A DNA stretch of 64,000 nucleotides from an uncultured Acidobacteriota bacterium (GCA_963837345.1 CAWIMX010000001.1:58981-122980); one strand, 5' to 3'; numbered from the stretch's first letter, positions 10,405 through 20,891 are shown. The notes: a model not told the origin generated them from the letters alone. Made by a program: numbers and translations.

Positions 10405-11918
10405 CGCGACGCCTGCACCTCGACCGGCGCGACGGCCTCGATTCTCGACAACACCCGTTCGACCGATGGCCCGATCGGCCGCAGGAACACGTTGGGCAGC
10501 ACGCCCATCAGCACGATCGCCACCACCACCGGCACGACGACGATCCACTCGCGGGCCGACAGGTCGGGCAGGCGGGCGTTCTCCTCATGACGGACCTCGC
10601 CGTAGTTCACCCGCTGGAACATCCACAGCATGTACACGGCCGACAGGATCACCCCGGTCGCGGCGACCGCCGCCATCCGGGGGTTCCGCTCGAAGACGCC
10701 GAGCAGGATCAGGAATTCGCCGACGAACCCGTTCAGCCCAGGCAGCCCGATCGACGAGAGCGTGACGAGGAGAAACACGGCGACCAGGCGCGGCATCACG
10801 CTCTTCAACCCGCCGAACTCCGCGATGAGCCGCGTGTGCCGGCGCTCCATCAGCATGCCCACGATCAGGAAGAGGCCGCCGGTGCTGACGCCGTGATTCA
10901 ACATCTGGTACACGGCGCCCTGGACGCCCTGGGTATTCAGCGCGGCCAGGCCCAGCACCACGAAGCCCAGGTGGCTGACGCTCGAGTACGCCACGAGCTT
11001 CTTCAGGTCGGGCTGCACCATGGCCACCAGCGCGCCGTACACGATGCCCACGACCGCGAGGGCGCCCAGATACGGGGCGAAGAAGGTCGCCGCCAGGGGG
11101 AAGAGCGGAAACGCGAAACGCACCAGCCCGTAGGTGCCCATCTTCAGCAGCACCCCCGCCAGAATCACCGATCCGGCCGTGGGCGCCTCGACGTGCGCGT
11201 CGGGCAGCCAGGTGTGGAACGGAACGAGCGGCACCTTGATCGCGAACGCCAGGGCGAAGGCCAGGAAGAACCAGAACTGGAGTTGCGGCGAGATCGACAG
11301 CCCGTACAGCTCGACCAGGTCGAAGCTGTAGGCGCCCGTGGCGGTGCTGTGCAGGTACGCGAGGCCCAGGATCGCGACGAGCATCAGCACGCCGCCGACC
11401 ATGGTGTAGAGCAGGAACTTGACGGCGGCGTACACGCGGCGCTCGTATCCCCACATCCCGATGAGGAAGTACATCGGAATGAGCATCGCATCCCAGAACA
11501 CATAGAACAGAAACAGATCGATCGACACGAACACGCCGATCATCGCGCTCTCGAGCAGGAGGATGAACAGACAGAACGCGCGCGGCCGGTTCGCCACCGC
11601 CTGCCAGCTCGACAGCAGGGCGATCGGCGTCAGGAGCGCCGTCAGCACCACCAGGAACAGGCTGATGCCGTCCACGCCCACGGCATAGCTGATCCCGAAG
11701 CTCGGAATCCACGCATGCCGCTCGACGAACTGGAACTCCGCCGATCCCGGATCGAACCGCCACCACAGCAGAAGCGACTCGGCGAAGACGAGGAGCGACA
11801 CGATGAGCGCGACGCGCCGCGCGACCGCACCGTTCGCGTCCCGTCCCGGCACGAGCAGGAGCGCGATCGCGCCGGCCGTCGGCAGGCCGACGAGCGTCGA
11901 CAGAATCGGGAACGTCAC
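10401..11918 (-). CDS. nuoM: NADH-quinone oxidoreductase subunit M
   Basis: GVDGISL, AIKVPLVPFHTWLPDAHVEAPT, LLKMGTYG, LVAYSSVSHLG; GTG start overlapping the nuoL stop. Confidence 0.95.
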   Translation of the reverse strand: MTFPILSTLVGLPTAGAIALLLVPGRDANGAVARRVALIVSLLVFAESLLLWWRFDPGSAEFQFVERHAWIPSFGISYAVGVDGISLFLVVLTALLTPIALLSSWQAVANRPRAFCLFILLLESAMIGVFVSIDLFLFYVFWDAMLIPMYFLIGMWGYERRVYAAVKFLLYTMVGGVLMLVAILGLAYLHSTATGAYSFDLVELYGLSISPQLQFWFFLAFALAFAIKVPLVPFHTWLPDAHVEAPTAGSVILAGVLLKMGTYGLVRFAFPLFPLAATFFAPYLGALAVVGIVYGALVAMVQPDLKKLVAYSSVSHLGFVVLGLAALNTQGVQGAVYQMLNHGVSTGGLFLIVGMLMERRHTRLIAEFGGLKSVMPRLVAVFLLVTLSSIGLPGLNGFVGEFLILLGVFERNPRMAAVAATGVILSAVYMLWMFQRVNYGEVRHEENARLPDLSAREWIVVVPVVVAIVLMGVLPNVFLRPIGPSVERVLSRIEAVAPVEVQASR

Positions 11919-13840
11919 CACAGGCAGTACCCCACCACGACGACGACGCCGAAGAGCAGCGTGGCCGCGTAGGTGCGGAGCGATCCGGACTGGATCCGCC
12001 GCAGCAGTTCGGCCGCGCCGCGCACGGCGTCGCCCACGCCGTTGACGGCCGCGTCGATGAGGCGAACGTCCACGCCCCGCCACAAGCCGTCCTCCGACAC
12101 GATGCGGATCGGCTGCACGATCGCCGCGTCGTACACCTCGTCGACGTACAGCTTGCGCCGGAGCACGCGGTAGACCGCCGGGAACCGGCCGGCCAGCGAC
12201 TCGGCGGCCTGCCCGCTCCCGAGAAAAAAGAACACGGCGAGACCGATTCCGCCGAGCGCCGCGACGGTGGACACCGCCATCAGGCCGGCTTCGAGCGCAC
12301 CGGACGCGGCCGGCTCCGCCGACGGCCCCGCGAGGGCCGCGCCCCCTGCCGTGAACACCGGCTCGAGGAACCGCGCAAACCGGTCCGTGCCGCCAATCGA
12401 CTCGGGCAACCCGGCATACCCCGCGGCCGCCGAGCCGATCGCCAGGGCCACCAGCGCGACCGCCATGGCGGGCGGCGCATCGTGCAGATGGCCGTGCGCC
12501 TCGGGGCCACGCGGCGGCCCGTGAAACGCGAGCAACACGAGCCGGAACATGTAGGTGGCGGTCAGCAGCGACGTCACGAGCCCCACCGCCCAGAGCAGCG
12601 TGTGCCCGCTCGAGAAGGTGTGAAAGAGGATCGCGTCCTTGCTGAAGAATCCTGCGAGCCCCGGTACGCCGGCAATCGCGGCGGCGCCGACGAGGAAGGT
12701 CCAGTAGGTGGTCGGCAGCGCCCGCCGCAGACCGCCCATCTTCGTGAGGTCCTGCTCGCCGCCGAGGGCGTGGATCACCGCACCGGCGCCCAGGAAGAGG
12801 AGCGCTTTGAAGAACGCGTGCGTGAACAGATGGAAGATGCCGGCGGCATAGGCGCCGACGCCCATGGCCAGGAACATGTACCCCAGCTGCGAGACGGTCG
12901 AGTACGCGAGCACGCGCTTGATGTCGCGCTGCACGAGCGCGATCGAGCCCGCCATGAGGGCCGTCGCCGCGCCGATGATCGCCACCAGGGCCATCGTGTC
13001 GGGCGCGCGGCTGAACAGCACGGCGTTGCGGCCGATCAGGTACACGCCGGCGGTGACCATCGTCGCCGCGTGAATGAGCGCGGACACCGGCGTCGGGCCC
13101 TCCATGGCGTCGGGCAGCCAGACGAAGAGCGGGATCTGCGCCGACTTGCCCGTGGCCCCCAGGAACAGCAGCAGCGTGGCGAGCGTCAGCGTGCCGAGGT
13201 GCGTTTCGGGCCCGAGCGACGCCGCCATCCGCGCGATGTCCTGGAAGTCGAGGCTGCCGAAGCGAACGGCCAGCAGGATCATCCCCAGGAGGAAGCCGAA
13301 ATCGCCGACGCGGTTCACGATGAACGCCTTCTTGCCGGCGTCGGCGGCCGAGCGCTTCCGGTACCAGAAGCCGATCAGCAGGTACGAGCACAGACCGACG
13401 CCTTCCCAGCCGACGAACATCACCAGGAAGTTGGCCGCCAGCACCAGCAGCAGCATGAACGCGGCGAACAGATTCAGGTAGGCGAAATAGCGCGCGTACT
13501 CCGCGTCCGACTCCTCGTGCATGTAGGCGGTCGAGTACACGTGGATCAGGGCGCCGATGCCGGTGACGATGAGGATCATCACGGCCGCGAGGGGATCCAC
13601 GCGGAGCGTGAAGCTGACGTCGAAGGCGCCCGACCGGATCCAGTCGAAGACACGCTCGGTCGCCTGGCGAGACTCCGGCTCGAGCGCGACGAGGCGCCAG
13701 ACGACGGCTGCGGCCACGCCGAACGCCGCCAGCATCGCGCCGCACGCCACGGCGCCCGACCGGCTCTTGCCGGCACGGCGGCCGAACCCGGCGTTCACCA
13801 GGAAGCCCGCAAACGGCAGCAGCGGAATCAGGAGCAGCAT
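11915..13840 (-). CDS. nuoL: NADH-quinone oxidoreductase subunit L
   Basis: WEGVGLCSYLLIGFW, NRVGDFG, GKSAQIPLFVWLPDAMEGPTPVSALIHAATMV, HAFFKALLFL. Confidence 0.96.
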   Translation of the reverse strand: MLLLIPLLPFAGFLVNAGFGRRAGKSRSGAVACGAMLAAFGVAAAVVWRLVALEPESRQATERVFDWIRSGAFDVSFTLRVDPLAAVMILIVTGIGALIHVYSTAYMHEESDAEYARYFAYLNLFAAFMLLLVLAANFLVMFVGWEGVGLCSYLLIGFWYRKRSAADAGKKAFIVNRVGDFGFLLGMILLAVRFGSLDFQDIARMAASLGPETHLGTLTLATLLLFLGATGKSAQIPLFVWLPDAMEGPTPVSALIHAATMVTAGVYLIGRNAVLFSRAPDTMALVAIIGAATALMAGSIALVQRDIKRVLAYSTVSQLGYMFLAMGVGAYAAGIFHLFTHAFFKALLFLGAGAVIHALGGEQDLTKMGGLRRALPTTYWTFLVGAAAIAGVPGLAGFFSKDAILFHTFSSGHTLLWAVGLVTSLLTATYMFRLVLLAFHGPPRGPEAHGHLHDAPPAMAVALVALAIGSAAAGYAGLPESIGGTDRFARFLEPVFTAGGAALAGPSAEPAASGALEAGLMAVSTVAALGGIGLAVFFFLGSGQAAESLAGRFPAVYRVLRRKLYVDEVYDAAIVQPIRIVSEDGLWRGVDVRLIDAAVNGVGDAVRGAAELLRRIQSGSLRTYAATLLFGVVVVVGYCLW

Positions 13841-13853
13841 GCGGTCGCCGTCG

Positions 13854-14171
13854 TCACCATCGGAGCGTCGTGAAGGTTTCGGGGTTGAGCGACTCGCGCT
13901 GCCGGAAGAGCGCGATGACGAGCGCCAGGCCCACGGCGGCTTCGGCCGCCGCCACGGTCATGACGAAAAACACGATGACCTGTCCGTCGACGGAGCCGAG
14001 CGCGCGGCCGAACGCGACGAACGTGAGGTTGACCGCGTTCAGCATGATCTCGATCGACAGGAGGATCGTGATGACGTTGCGGCGCACGAACACCCCGGCG
14101 GCGCCGATCGCGAAGAGAATCGCCGAGAGGACGAGGTAGGCGTTGAGCGGCACGGCGCCGGGTCCGCCCAT
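13854..14171 (-). CDS. nuoK: NADH-quinone oxidoreductase subunit K
   Basis: RRN...[10 protein letters not shown]...[11 protein letters not shown]. Confidence 0.95.
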   Translation of the reverse strand: MGGPGAVPLNAYLVLSAILFAIGAAGVFVRRNVITILLSIEIMLNAVNLTFVAFGRALGSVDGQVIVFFVMTVAAAEAAVGLALVIALFRQRESLNPETFTTLRW

Positions 14172-14716
14172 CAGCGCTCCTCCCGTCGCGGCGCGCGGTC
14201 GAGCGGCGGCTCCCGCCGCGCCAGCACGACGGCTCCGACCATGGCCACGAGAATCAGCAGCGAGGTGACCTCGAACGGGAAGGCGTAGGGGCCGAACAGC
14301 GTCCGCCCGATGGCGGCCACCGAACTGACCGACGCGCTGCCGAAGCGGCCGGTCTCGCGCGCCGTTTCGAGCGCCCAGACCAGCTCGACGCCGAACGCCA
14401 GCGCAAGCAGGGCCCCGAACGCCAGCGGGCGCCCGGGCGCCACGCCCGCCTCGATGTCGTGCTCGGACGCCTCGTGCGGCGCGTTGAGCAGCATGACGAC
14501 GAAGAGGAACAGCACCATGATCGCCCCGGCGTACACGATGATCTGGATGACGGCGACGAACGGCGCGTCGAGCAGGACGTACAGCCCCGACAGGGCGCCG
14601 AAGGACGCGATCAGCAGCAGCACGCTGTAGATCGGATTCCTCTGTGCGACGACCAGCAGCGACGCGACGATCGCGGTGATCGCGAACGCGCCGAACACGA
14701 GGAAGTCAGCGCCCAA
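14171..14716 (-). CDS. nuoJ: NADH-quinone oxidoreductase subunit J
   Basis: [40 protein letters not shown]; TTG start uncertain. Confidence 0.93.
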   Translation of the reverse strand: MGADFLVFGAFAITAIVASLLVVAQRNPIYSVLLLIASFGALSGLYVLLDAPFVAVIQIIVYAGAIMVLFLFVVMLLNAPHEASEHDIEAGVAPGRPLAFGALLALAFGVELVWALETARETGRFGSASVSSVAAIGRTLFGPYAFPFEVTSLLILVAMVGAVVLARREPPLDRAPRREER

Positions 14717-15731
14717 GGTACAGCACTCCGGCCGCCGTGGCGACGAGGTTGAGCGACGCGACCGGCAGCAGCACTTTCCAGCCGAACGCCATGAGCTGGT
14801 CGTAGCGGAACCGCGGCAGCGTCCACCGCATCCACACGTAGAAGAACAGGATGGCGGCGACTTTCAGGAGAAACCAGATCCAGCCGAGCGACGCCGGCAG
14901 GAACGGCCCGTGCCACCCGCCGAGAAACAGATCGGTCGCCACGGCCGACACCGTGACCATGTTGATGTACTCCGCGAGGAAGAACATCGCGAAGCTCATG
15001 CTGCTGTATTCCGTGTGGTAGCCGGCCACGAGCTCCTGCTCCGCCTCGGGAAAATCGAACGGCGCGCGGTTGGTCTCGGCGATGCCGGCAATCGCGAAGA
15101 TCAGGAACCCGATCGGCTGCACGACGATGAACCACTTCGGGATCACGCCGAACCAGGCGCCCGACTGCCGCGCGACCAGCTCGGTGATCGACAGCGAGTT
15201 GCCCACGAGGAGGACGCTGGCGAGCGCCAGGCCGTACGACAGCTCGTAGCTGATCATCTGCGCCGACGATCGGAGGCCGCCGAGCAGCGAGTACTTACTG
15301 TTCGAGCTCCAGCCGGCCAGCACGATGCCGTACACGCTCATCGAGGCGAACGAGAAGACGACGAGGATCGCGACGTTCACGTCGGCCACCTGCAGGCGGA
15401 GCGGCTCGGCGAGCCAGCCGAACAGCGTCGTCGCCGCGCCAAAGGGCACGACGGCGAAGGCGGCGAACGCGCAGGTGGCCGAAATGATCGGCGCGAGCGC
15501 AAAGAGGACGGCGTCGGCGGCCCTGGGCCGGAGCTCCTCCTTGAACATCAGCTTCACGACGTCGGCGAGCGGCTGCAGGAGGCCCTTCGGCCCGACCCGG
15601 TACGGCCCGAGACGCTGCTGGAGCATCGCGGCCACCTTGCGCTCGACATACACCATGATGGCCGCCGAATTCAGCAGCATCACGAACACGAAGAGCGTCA
15701 GGGCGATCTGGGCGATCAGCAGCAAGGACAT
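14706..15731 (-). CDS. nuoH: NADH-quinone oxidoreductase subunit H
   Basis: ERKV..QQRLGP..GLLQPLADVVK, SNSKY, AETNRAPFD, EAEQELVAGYHTEYS, PRFRYDQLM. Confidence 0.96.
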   Translation of the reverse strand: MSLLLIAQIALTLFVFVMLLNSAAIMVYVERKVAAMLQQRLGPYRVGPKGLLQPLADVVKLMFKEELRPRAADAVLFALAPIISATCAFAAFAVVPFGAATTLFGWLAEPLRLQVADVNVAILVVFSFASMSVYGIVLAGWSSNSKYSLLGGLRSSAQMISYELSYGLALASVLLVGNSLSITELVARQSGAWFGVIPKWFIVVQPIGFLIFAIAGIAETNRAPFDFPEAEQELVAGYHTEYSSMSFAMFFLAEYINMVTVSAVATDLFLGGWHGPFLPASLGWIWFLLKVAAILFFYVWMRWTLPRFRYDQLMAFGWKVLLPVASLNLVATAAGVLYLGR

Positions 15732-15774
15732 CGGTGCGGCTTCGTGCCTTCGGGCCGTCGTGGTTGCATGGCCG

Positions 15775-17073
15775 TCAGTGTGCGGTCGTGACGGCCGTCT
15801 GCGCGCGCCAGGCCGCGGGGCACGTGCAGCGGCCCTCGCGGATGTGCGCCTCGAATTCCTCGCGGAAGTGCTGGAGCGTCGTCAGAACGGGCGTCGCCGC
15901 CGCGTCGCCGAACGCGCAGAGCGTCTTGCCGCCGATGTTCGCGGCGACGCCCGCGAGCAGGTCGAGATCGGCGGAACGGCCGTCGCCGCGCTCGATCTTC
16001 TCGAGGATCTTCAGCAGCCAGTCCGTGCCCTCCCGGCACGGCGTGCACTTGCCGCACGACTCGTGGCGATAGAAACGCAGCAGGTTCGCGGCCAGCCAGA
16101 CCATGCAGGTGGTGTCGTCGAGCACGATGATGCCCGCCGAACCGAGCAGCAATCCGGCCCTCTGGACGCCGTCGAAGCTGGCCTGCGTGTCGAGCTGGTC
16201 GGGCATCAGGATCGGCACCGAGGAGCCGCCCGGAATCACCGCTTTGAGGGTTCGGCCGTCGGGGACGCCGCCCGCTCGGCCTTCGACCAGCTCGCGGATC
16301 GTGACATTCATCGACGCTTCATAGACGCCGGGCCGTCGGACGTGGCCACTCACGCAGTACAGCTTGGGCCCGCCGTTCTTCTCGGGCCCCAGCGCGGCAA
16401 ACCACTCCGCGCCCTCGCGCAGGATCACCGGCACGTTCGACAGCGTCTCGACGTTGTTGACCGCCGTCGGGCAGTTGTACAGCCCGACCGCCGCCGGAAA
16501 CGGCGGCTTGTTGCGCGGCTGCGCCCGCTTGCCCTCGAGCGACTCGAGCAGCGCGGTCTCTTCTCCCGCTTCGTACGCGCCGGCCCCGCGATGCAGGTGG
16601 ATGTCGCAGGCGAAGCCCGAGCCGAGCACGTTCGGCCCGAGGAAGCCGGCGGCGTACGCCTCCTCGAGCGCGCGCTCCAGGACGTGCTGCACGTGAAAGA
16701 ATTCGCCGCGGATGTAGATATACGCCGTCGCCGCGCCGACGGCGTAGCAGGCAATCGCACAGCCTTCGAGCAACTGGTGCGGATTGCGCTCCATGAGCAG
16801 GTGATCCTTGAAGGTCCCCGGCTCGCTCTCGTCGGCGTTGCACGCGATGTACTTCGGCTTCGGCGACTTCTTGTCGACGAACTGCCATTTCATGCCCGTC
16901 GGGAAGCCCGCGCCTCCCCGCCCGCGCAGGCCGGAGGCCTTCACGACGTCGATCACCTGATCGGGCGTCATGGCCAGCGCGTGGCGCAGGCCGTCATAGC
17001 CCTGGTGCCGCAGGTAGAAGTCCAGCGTGAAGGCGTTCGGCTCGCGCACGTATCGGGTCAGCAGCGGTTCCAC
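15775..17073 (-). CDS. nuoF: NADH-quinone oxidoreductase subunit F
   Basis: SGLRGRGGAGFPTGMKW, NADESEPGTFKD, GEETAL, ESCGKCTPCREG (N3 cluster). Confidence 0.96.
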   Translation of the reverse strand: MEPLLTRYVREPNAFTLDFYLRHQGYDGLRHALAMTPDQVIDVVKASGLRGRGGAGFPTGMKWQFVDKKSPKPKYIACNADESEPGTFKDHLLMERNPHQLLEGCAIACYAVGAATAYIYIRGEFFHVQHVLERALEEAYAAGFLGPNVLGSGFACDIHLHRGAGAYEAGEETALLESLEGKRAQPRNKPPFPAAVGLYNCPTAVNNVETLSNVPVILREGAEWFAALGPEKNGGPKLYCVSGHVRRPGVYEASMNVTIRELVEGRAGGVPDGRTLKAVIPGGSSVPILMPDQLDTQASFDGVQRAGLLLGSAGIIVLDDTTCMVWLAANLLRFYRHESCGKCTPCREGTDWLLKILEKIERGDGRSADLDLLAGVAANIGGKTLCAFGDAAATPVLTTLQHFREEFEAHIREGRCTCPAAWRAQTAVTTAH

Positions 17074-17099
17074 GTTCCTAGCCCCTCGTCCCCACGCCC

Positions 17100-17717
17100 C
17101 TAATCGCTCTCGCGGGTTCGCTCAACCACATGGTGGCAGCCCGACAGCACGGCTTCTCCGCGCGCGCGCAGGTCCTCGACGAGGCGCGCCGCGTCCTCGG
17201 GCTTCAGGCATTCGTGCCACCCGTCGTTCACCATCACCACCGGCGCGCGGTCGCATGCCCCGAGGCACTCGACCTCGACGAGCGTGAACGTCCCGGTCGG
17301 GTCGGTGTGTCCGGGGGCGATGCCGAGCGTGCCCGCCAGCGCCTCGGTCACGCGCTCGGCCCCCTGCAACGCGCACGAGAGCGTCCGGCAGACCTGCAGG
17401 ACGTAGCGGCCGACGGGCCTGGTGTGGAACATCGAGTAGTACGACGTGACGTCTTCGACTTCCGCCGGCGTGAGATCGAGCAGCCCCGCGACGTAGCGCA
17501 TCACGGCCGGCGTGATGTAGCCCTGCTGCTCCTGCGCCAGGTACAGCGCGGGAAGCACCGCCGAGCGTTTGCGATCCGGCGGATAGCGCCTCACGATCAC
17601 GTCGAACCGCGCCCGCCGTTCGTCGGTGTAGGCAAACGGCGGCTCGTCCTTCGGTCCCAGCTCCCGCGTCGACTGGTGGAACGTGGCGTCGTACGCCATT
17701 TTCGGGTGAAAGCTCAC
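17100..17717 (-). CDS. nuoE: NADH-quinone oxidoreductase subunit E
   Basis: VCRTLSC ... ECLGACDRAP 2Fe-2S motif. Confidence 0.93.
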   Translation of the reverse strand: MSFHPKMAYDATFHQSTRELGPKDEPPFAYTDERRARFDVIVRRYPPDRKRSAVLPALYLAQEQQGYITPAVMRYVAGLLDLTPAEVEDVTSYYSMFHTRPVGRYVLQVCRTLSCALQGAERVTEALAGTLGIAPGHTDPTGTFTLVEVECLGACDRAPVVMVNDGWHECLKPEDAARLVEDLRARGEAVLSGCHHVVERTRESD

Positions 17718-18895
17718 CGGTCCACGTCTCCCATCACCACGTCAATCGATCCGATCACCGCAATCACGTCGGCAATCAGGCCGCCGACGACCATTCGCTC
17801 CAGGGCCTGGCAGGCGAGCAGCGAGGGCGCCCGCGCCTTGACGCGCCACGGGCGATTCGTGCCGTCGGAGACCACCAGATACCCCTGTTCGCCGCGCGGG
17901 CCTTCCACCGGCACGTAGGCTTCGCCCGCGGGCACGTTGAAGCCCTGCGAGTAGATCAGGAAGTGCTGGATCAGGGCCTCCATCTCCGTATAGACCCGAT
18001 CCTTGGGCGGCGGCGTGATGCGCGGGTCGTCCACCGCGAAGACCCCCGTCGGCGGAATCCGGGCGAGCGCCTGCCGGCAGATCTTGATGCTCTCCCGCAT
18101 CTCGGCGACCCGCACGAGGTAGCGCGCGTAGGCGTCGCCTTCGGTGCGCACCGGCACCGCGAAGTCGAACGTGTCGTATCCGAGATAGGGGAAGGCCTTC
18201 CGCACGTCGTAGGACACGCCCGAGGCGCGCGCGATCGGCCCGACCAGGCTGTAGGCGACCGCGTCCGCTTTCGAGAGACGCCCGACGTCGCGCGTGCGCT
18301 TCCGGTAGATCTCGTTGCTGGTGAGCAGATCTTCGTACTCGTCCAGCTTCGGCGCGAAGCGGTCCAGGAACGCGGCGACCGCGTCGAGAAAACCCCTCGG
18401 CAGGTCTTCGCGCAGTCCCCCGATCCGCATGAAGCTCGGAAACATCCGGAATCCGGCGAGCATTTCGTTCAGATTCAGGATGAGCTCCCGTTCCCGAAAG
18501 CAGTAGAGCATCACCGAGACGGCGCCGACCTCCATGCCGTGGGTCCCGAGCCACACCAGGTGGCTGTTGATCCGCTGGAGCTCCGCCATGAGCACGCGGA
18601 TGGCGCGAACGCGCTCGGGAATCTCGATCCCGAGCAGCCGCTCGACCGAGAGGGAGAACGCCATGCTGTTGGACTGCGCGCTCAGATAATCCATGCGCTC
18701 GACGAGCGGAATCACCTGCTGCCACTTCTTCTGTTCGATCGTCTTCTCGATCCCGGTGTGCAGGTAGCCGATCGTGGGACTGACCGAGCGAACCGTCTCG
18801 CCGTCGAGCTCCAGCACGAGACGCAGGACGCCGTGCGTGCTGGGGTGCTGGGGCCCCATGTTCACGGTCATGGTTTCGGTGCGCAGCTCGGGCAT
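17714..18895 (-). CDS. nuoD: NADH-quinone oxidoreductase subunit D
   Basis: NMGPQHPSTHGVLRL, GYLHTGIEK, EGPRGE, C-terminal DVVMGDVDR. Confidence 0.96.
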   Translation of the reverse strand: MPELRTETMTVNMGPQHPSTHGVLRLVLELDGETVRSVSPTIGYLHTGIEKTIEQKKWQQVIPLVERMDYLSAQSNSMAFSLSVERLLGIEIPERVRAIRVLMAELQRINSHLVWLGTHGMEVGAVSVMLYCFRERELILNLNEMLAGFRMFPSFMRIGGLREDLPRGFLDAVAAFLDRFAPKLDEYEDLLTSNEIYRKRTRDVGRLSKADAVAYSLVGPIARASGVSYDVRKAFPYLGYDTFDFAVPVRTEGDAYARYLVRVAEMRESIKICRQALARIPPTGVFAVDDPRITPPPKDRVYTEMEALIQHFLIYSQGFNVPAGEAYVPVEGPRGEQGYLVVSDGTNRPWRVKARAPSLLACQALERMVVGGLIADVIAVIGSIDVVMGDVDR

Positions 18896-18898
18896 GAC

Positions 18899-19471
18899 CT
18901 AGAACGCCGCCTCCACCAGTTCGCAGATGATGTGGATCAGGGCGCCGTGCACCTCCTGCGTCCGGGCGGTCGAGGCCGAGGGCACGTTCAGATGCACGTC
19001 GGCCGCGCGGCCGACCTGTCCGCCGTCGCGCCCGGTGAGCGCGATCGTGCCGAGCCCGTGCGCACGCGCCGCGTCGAGGCCGGCGACGATATTGGCGGAG
19101 GCTCCGCTCGTGCTGATCCCCCATGCCACGTCGCCCGGCCGACCGAGCGCCTCGATCTGCCGCGCGAATACGCGATCGTAGCCGTAGTCGTTGGCGAGGC
19201 TCGTCAGCACGCTGGTGTCCGTCGTGAGCGCCATGGCCGCCAGGCCCCGCCGCTCGCGCTCGAAGCGCCCGACCAGCTCGGCCGCCGCGTGCTGGGCGTC
19301 GGCGGCGCTGCCCCCGTTGCCGAAGACCAGCAGACGGCCGCCGTTGCGGAGCGCGTCCACGACCAAAGCGGCCGCGCCCAGGAGCGGCTGCGGGTCGGCG
19401 GCGCGCACGCGCTCGAAAAGGGCGATGGTCTCGCCAAGCCGCGTGGCGACCAGATCACGGCCGTCGGGCAT
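18899..19471 (-). CDS. gmhA: D-sedoheptulose-7-phosphate isomerase (SIS domain)
   Basis: GNGGSAADAQH..AEL.GRF, ALTTDTS..T..ANDYG..VFARQ, ISTSG, ALTG.DGG, TARTQEVH. Confidence 0.9.
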   Translation of the reverse strand: MPDGRDLVATRLGETIALFERVRAADPQPLLGAAALVVDALRNGGRLLVFGNGGSAADAQHAAAELVGRFERERRGLAAMALTTDTSVLTSLANDYGYDRVFARQIEALGRPGDVAWGISTSGASANIVAGLDAARAHGLGTIALTGRDGGQVGRAADVHLNVPSASTARTQEVHGALIHIICELVEAAF

Positions 19472-20003
19472 CTCGGTCTCTTTCGAGGTTCGCGCGGAAC
19501 TCCTCTTCGCTCACCTGCAGCGGCTCGCTGGCCCGGACCGCCTTGCGGATCTGGACCGGCGCGTCCTTGCGCAGCGGATATCCCTCCCAGTCGTCCGGCA
19601 TCAACAACCGCCGCAGATCGGGGTGCCCGACGAACTCGATGCCGAACATGTCCCAGACCTCGCGCTCCAGCCAGTTGGCGGCGGGCCAGACGTCGCTGAC
19701 CGTGGCCAGCGACGGCCGATCGCCCTCGAGCGGCACCTTGAGCCGGACGCGCACGCCGTGGTCGATCGACACGAGCAGATAAACCACCTCGAAGCGAGGC
19801 TCGCGAGGCCAGTAGTCGACCGCGGTGAGCTCGGCGAGATAGCTGAAGCCGAGATCCGGCCCCGCGCGAAGCGCGCGCGCCAACGCCGGCCAGTGAACCG
19901 TCTGAGCCGTGAACCCGATGTGACCGTCACGGCCGTCCGCGGCCTCGAGCACCGCGCCGGGCACGGCCGATTCGAGCGCTGCGCGAATGGTCGCCTCGTC
20001 CAT
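19455..20003 (-). CDS. nuoC: NADH-quinone oxidoreductase subunit C
   Basis: TAVDY, RFEVVY.L.S, ANWLEREVWDMFGIEFVGHPDLRRLLMP, YPLRKD; ATG 20003. Confidence 0.94.
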   Translation of the reverse strand: MDEATIRAALESAVPGAVLEAADGRDGHIGFTAQTVHWPALARALRAGPDLGFSYLAELTAVDYWPREPRFEVVYLLVSIDHGVRVRLKVPLEGDRPSLATVSDVWPAANWLEREVWDMFGIEFVGHPDLRRLLMPDDWEGYPLRKDAPVQIRKAVRASEPLQVSEEEFRANLERDRDARRP

Positions 20004-20005
20004 GA

Positions 20006-20466
<461 letters not shown>

Positions 20467-20470
<4 letters not shown>

Positions 20471-20832
20471 CGCTTCTCTTCGCCCCAGTCGAGCGCACCC
20501 TTGCGCCACACGTAGACGTACCCGGTGAGCAGGAGCGCCATGAAGAGCACAATCTGGACGAGGCCGGTCCAGCCGAGGTCGCGCAGCGCCATCGCCCAGG
20601 GATACAGGAACGCCACCTCGATGTCGAACAGCAGGAAGATCATCGCGACCAGATAGAACTTGACCGACTGGCGCTCGCGCGCGTCGCCGACCGGCGGCAT
20701 GCCGCACTCGTAGGGCGCCGATTTTTCAGGCGACGGCTTGCGCGGGCCGAGCAGACCGGACAGCACGATCGAAACAAGCCCGAAGCCTGCACCGAGCGCG
20801 GTCATGATCAGGATTGAAAGCCAGCCCTGCAT
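20467..20832 (-). CDS. nuoA: NADH-quinone oxidoreductase subunit A
   Basis: [38 protein letters not shown]. Confidence 0.95.
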
Positions 20833-20891
20833 GGTTGTACGACCTGGGGAACCCCGGCTTGTGAACGATTTCGCAAGCTATGGGGCCCATG

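Noticed and set aside
10401-13745. 1114-aa extended NuoM, and 720-aa extended acyl-CoA ligase (28965-31127)
   Set aside because: The N-terminal extensions are off-frame overlaps of nuoL and the cyclase gene; true starts are GTG 11918 and GTG 30611.
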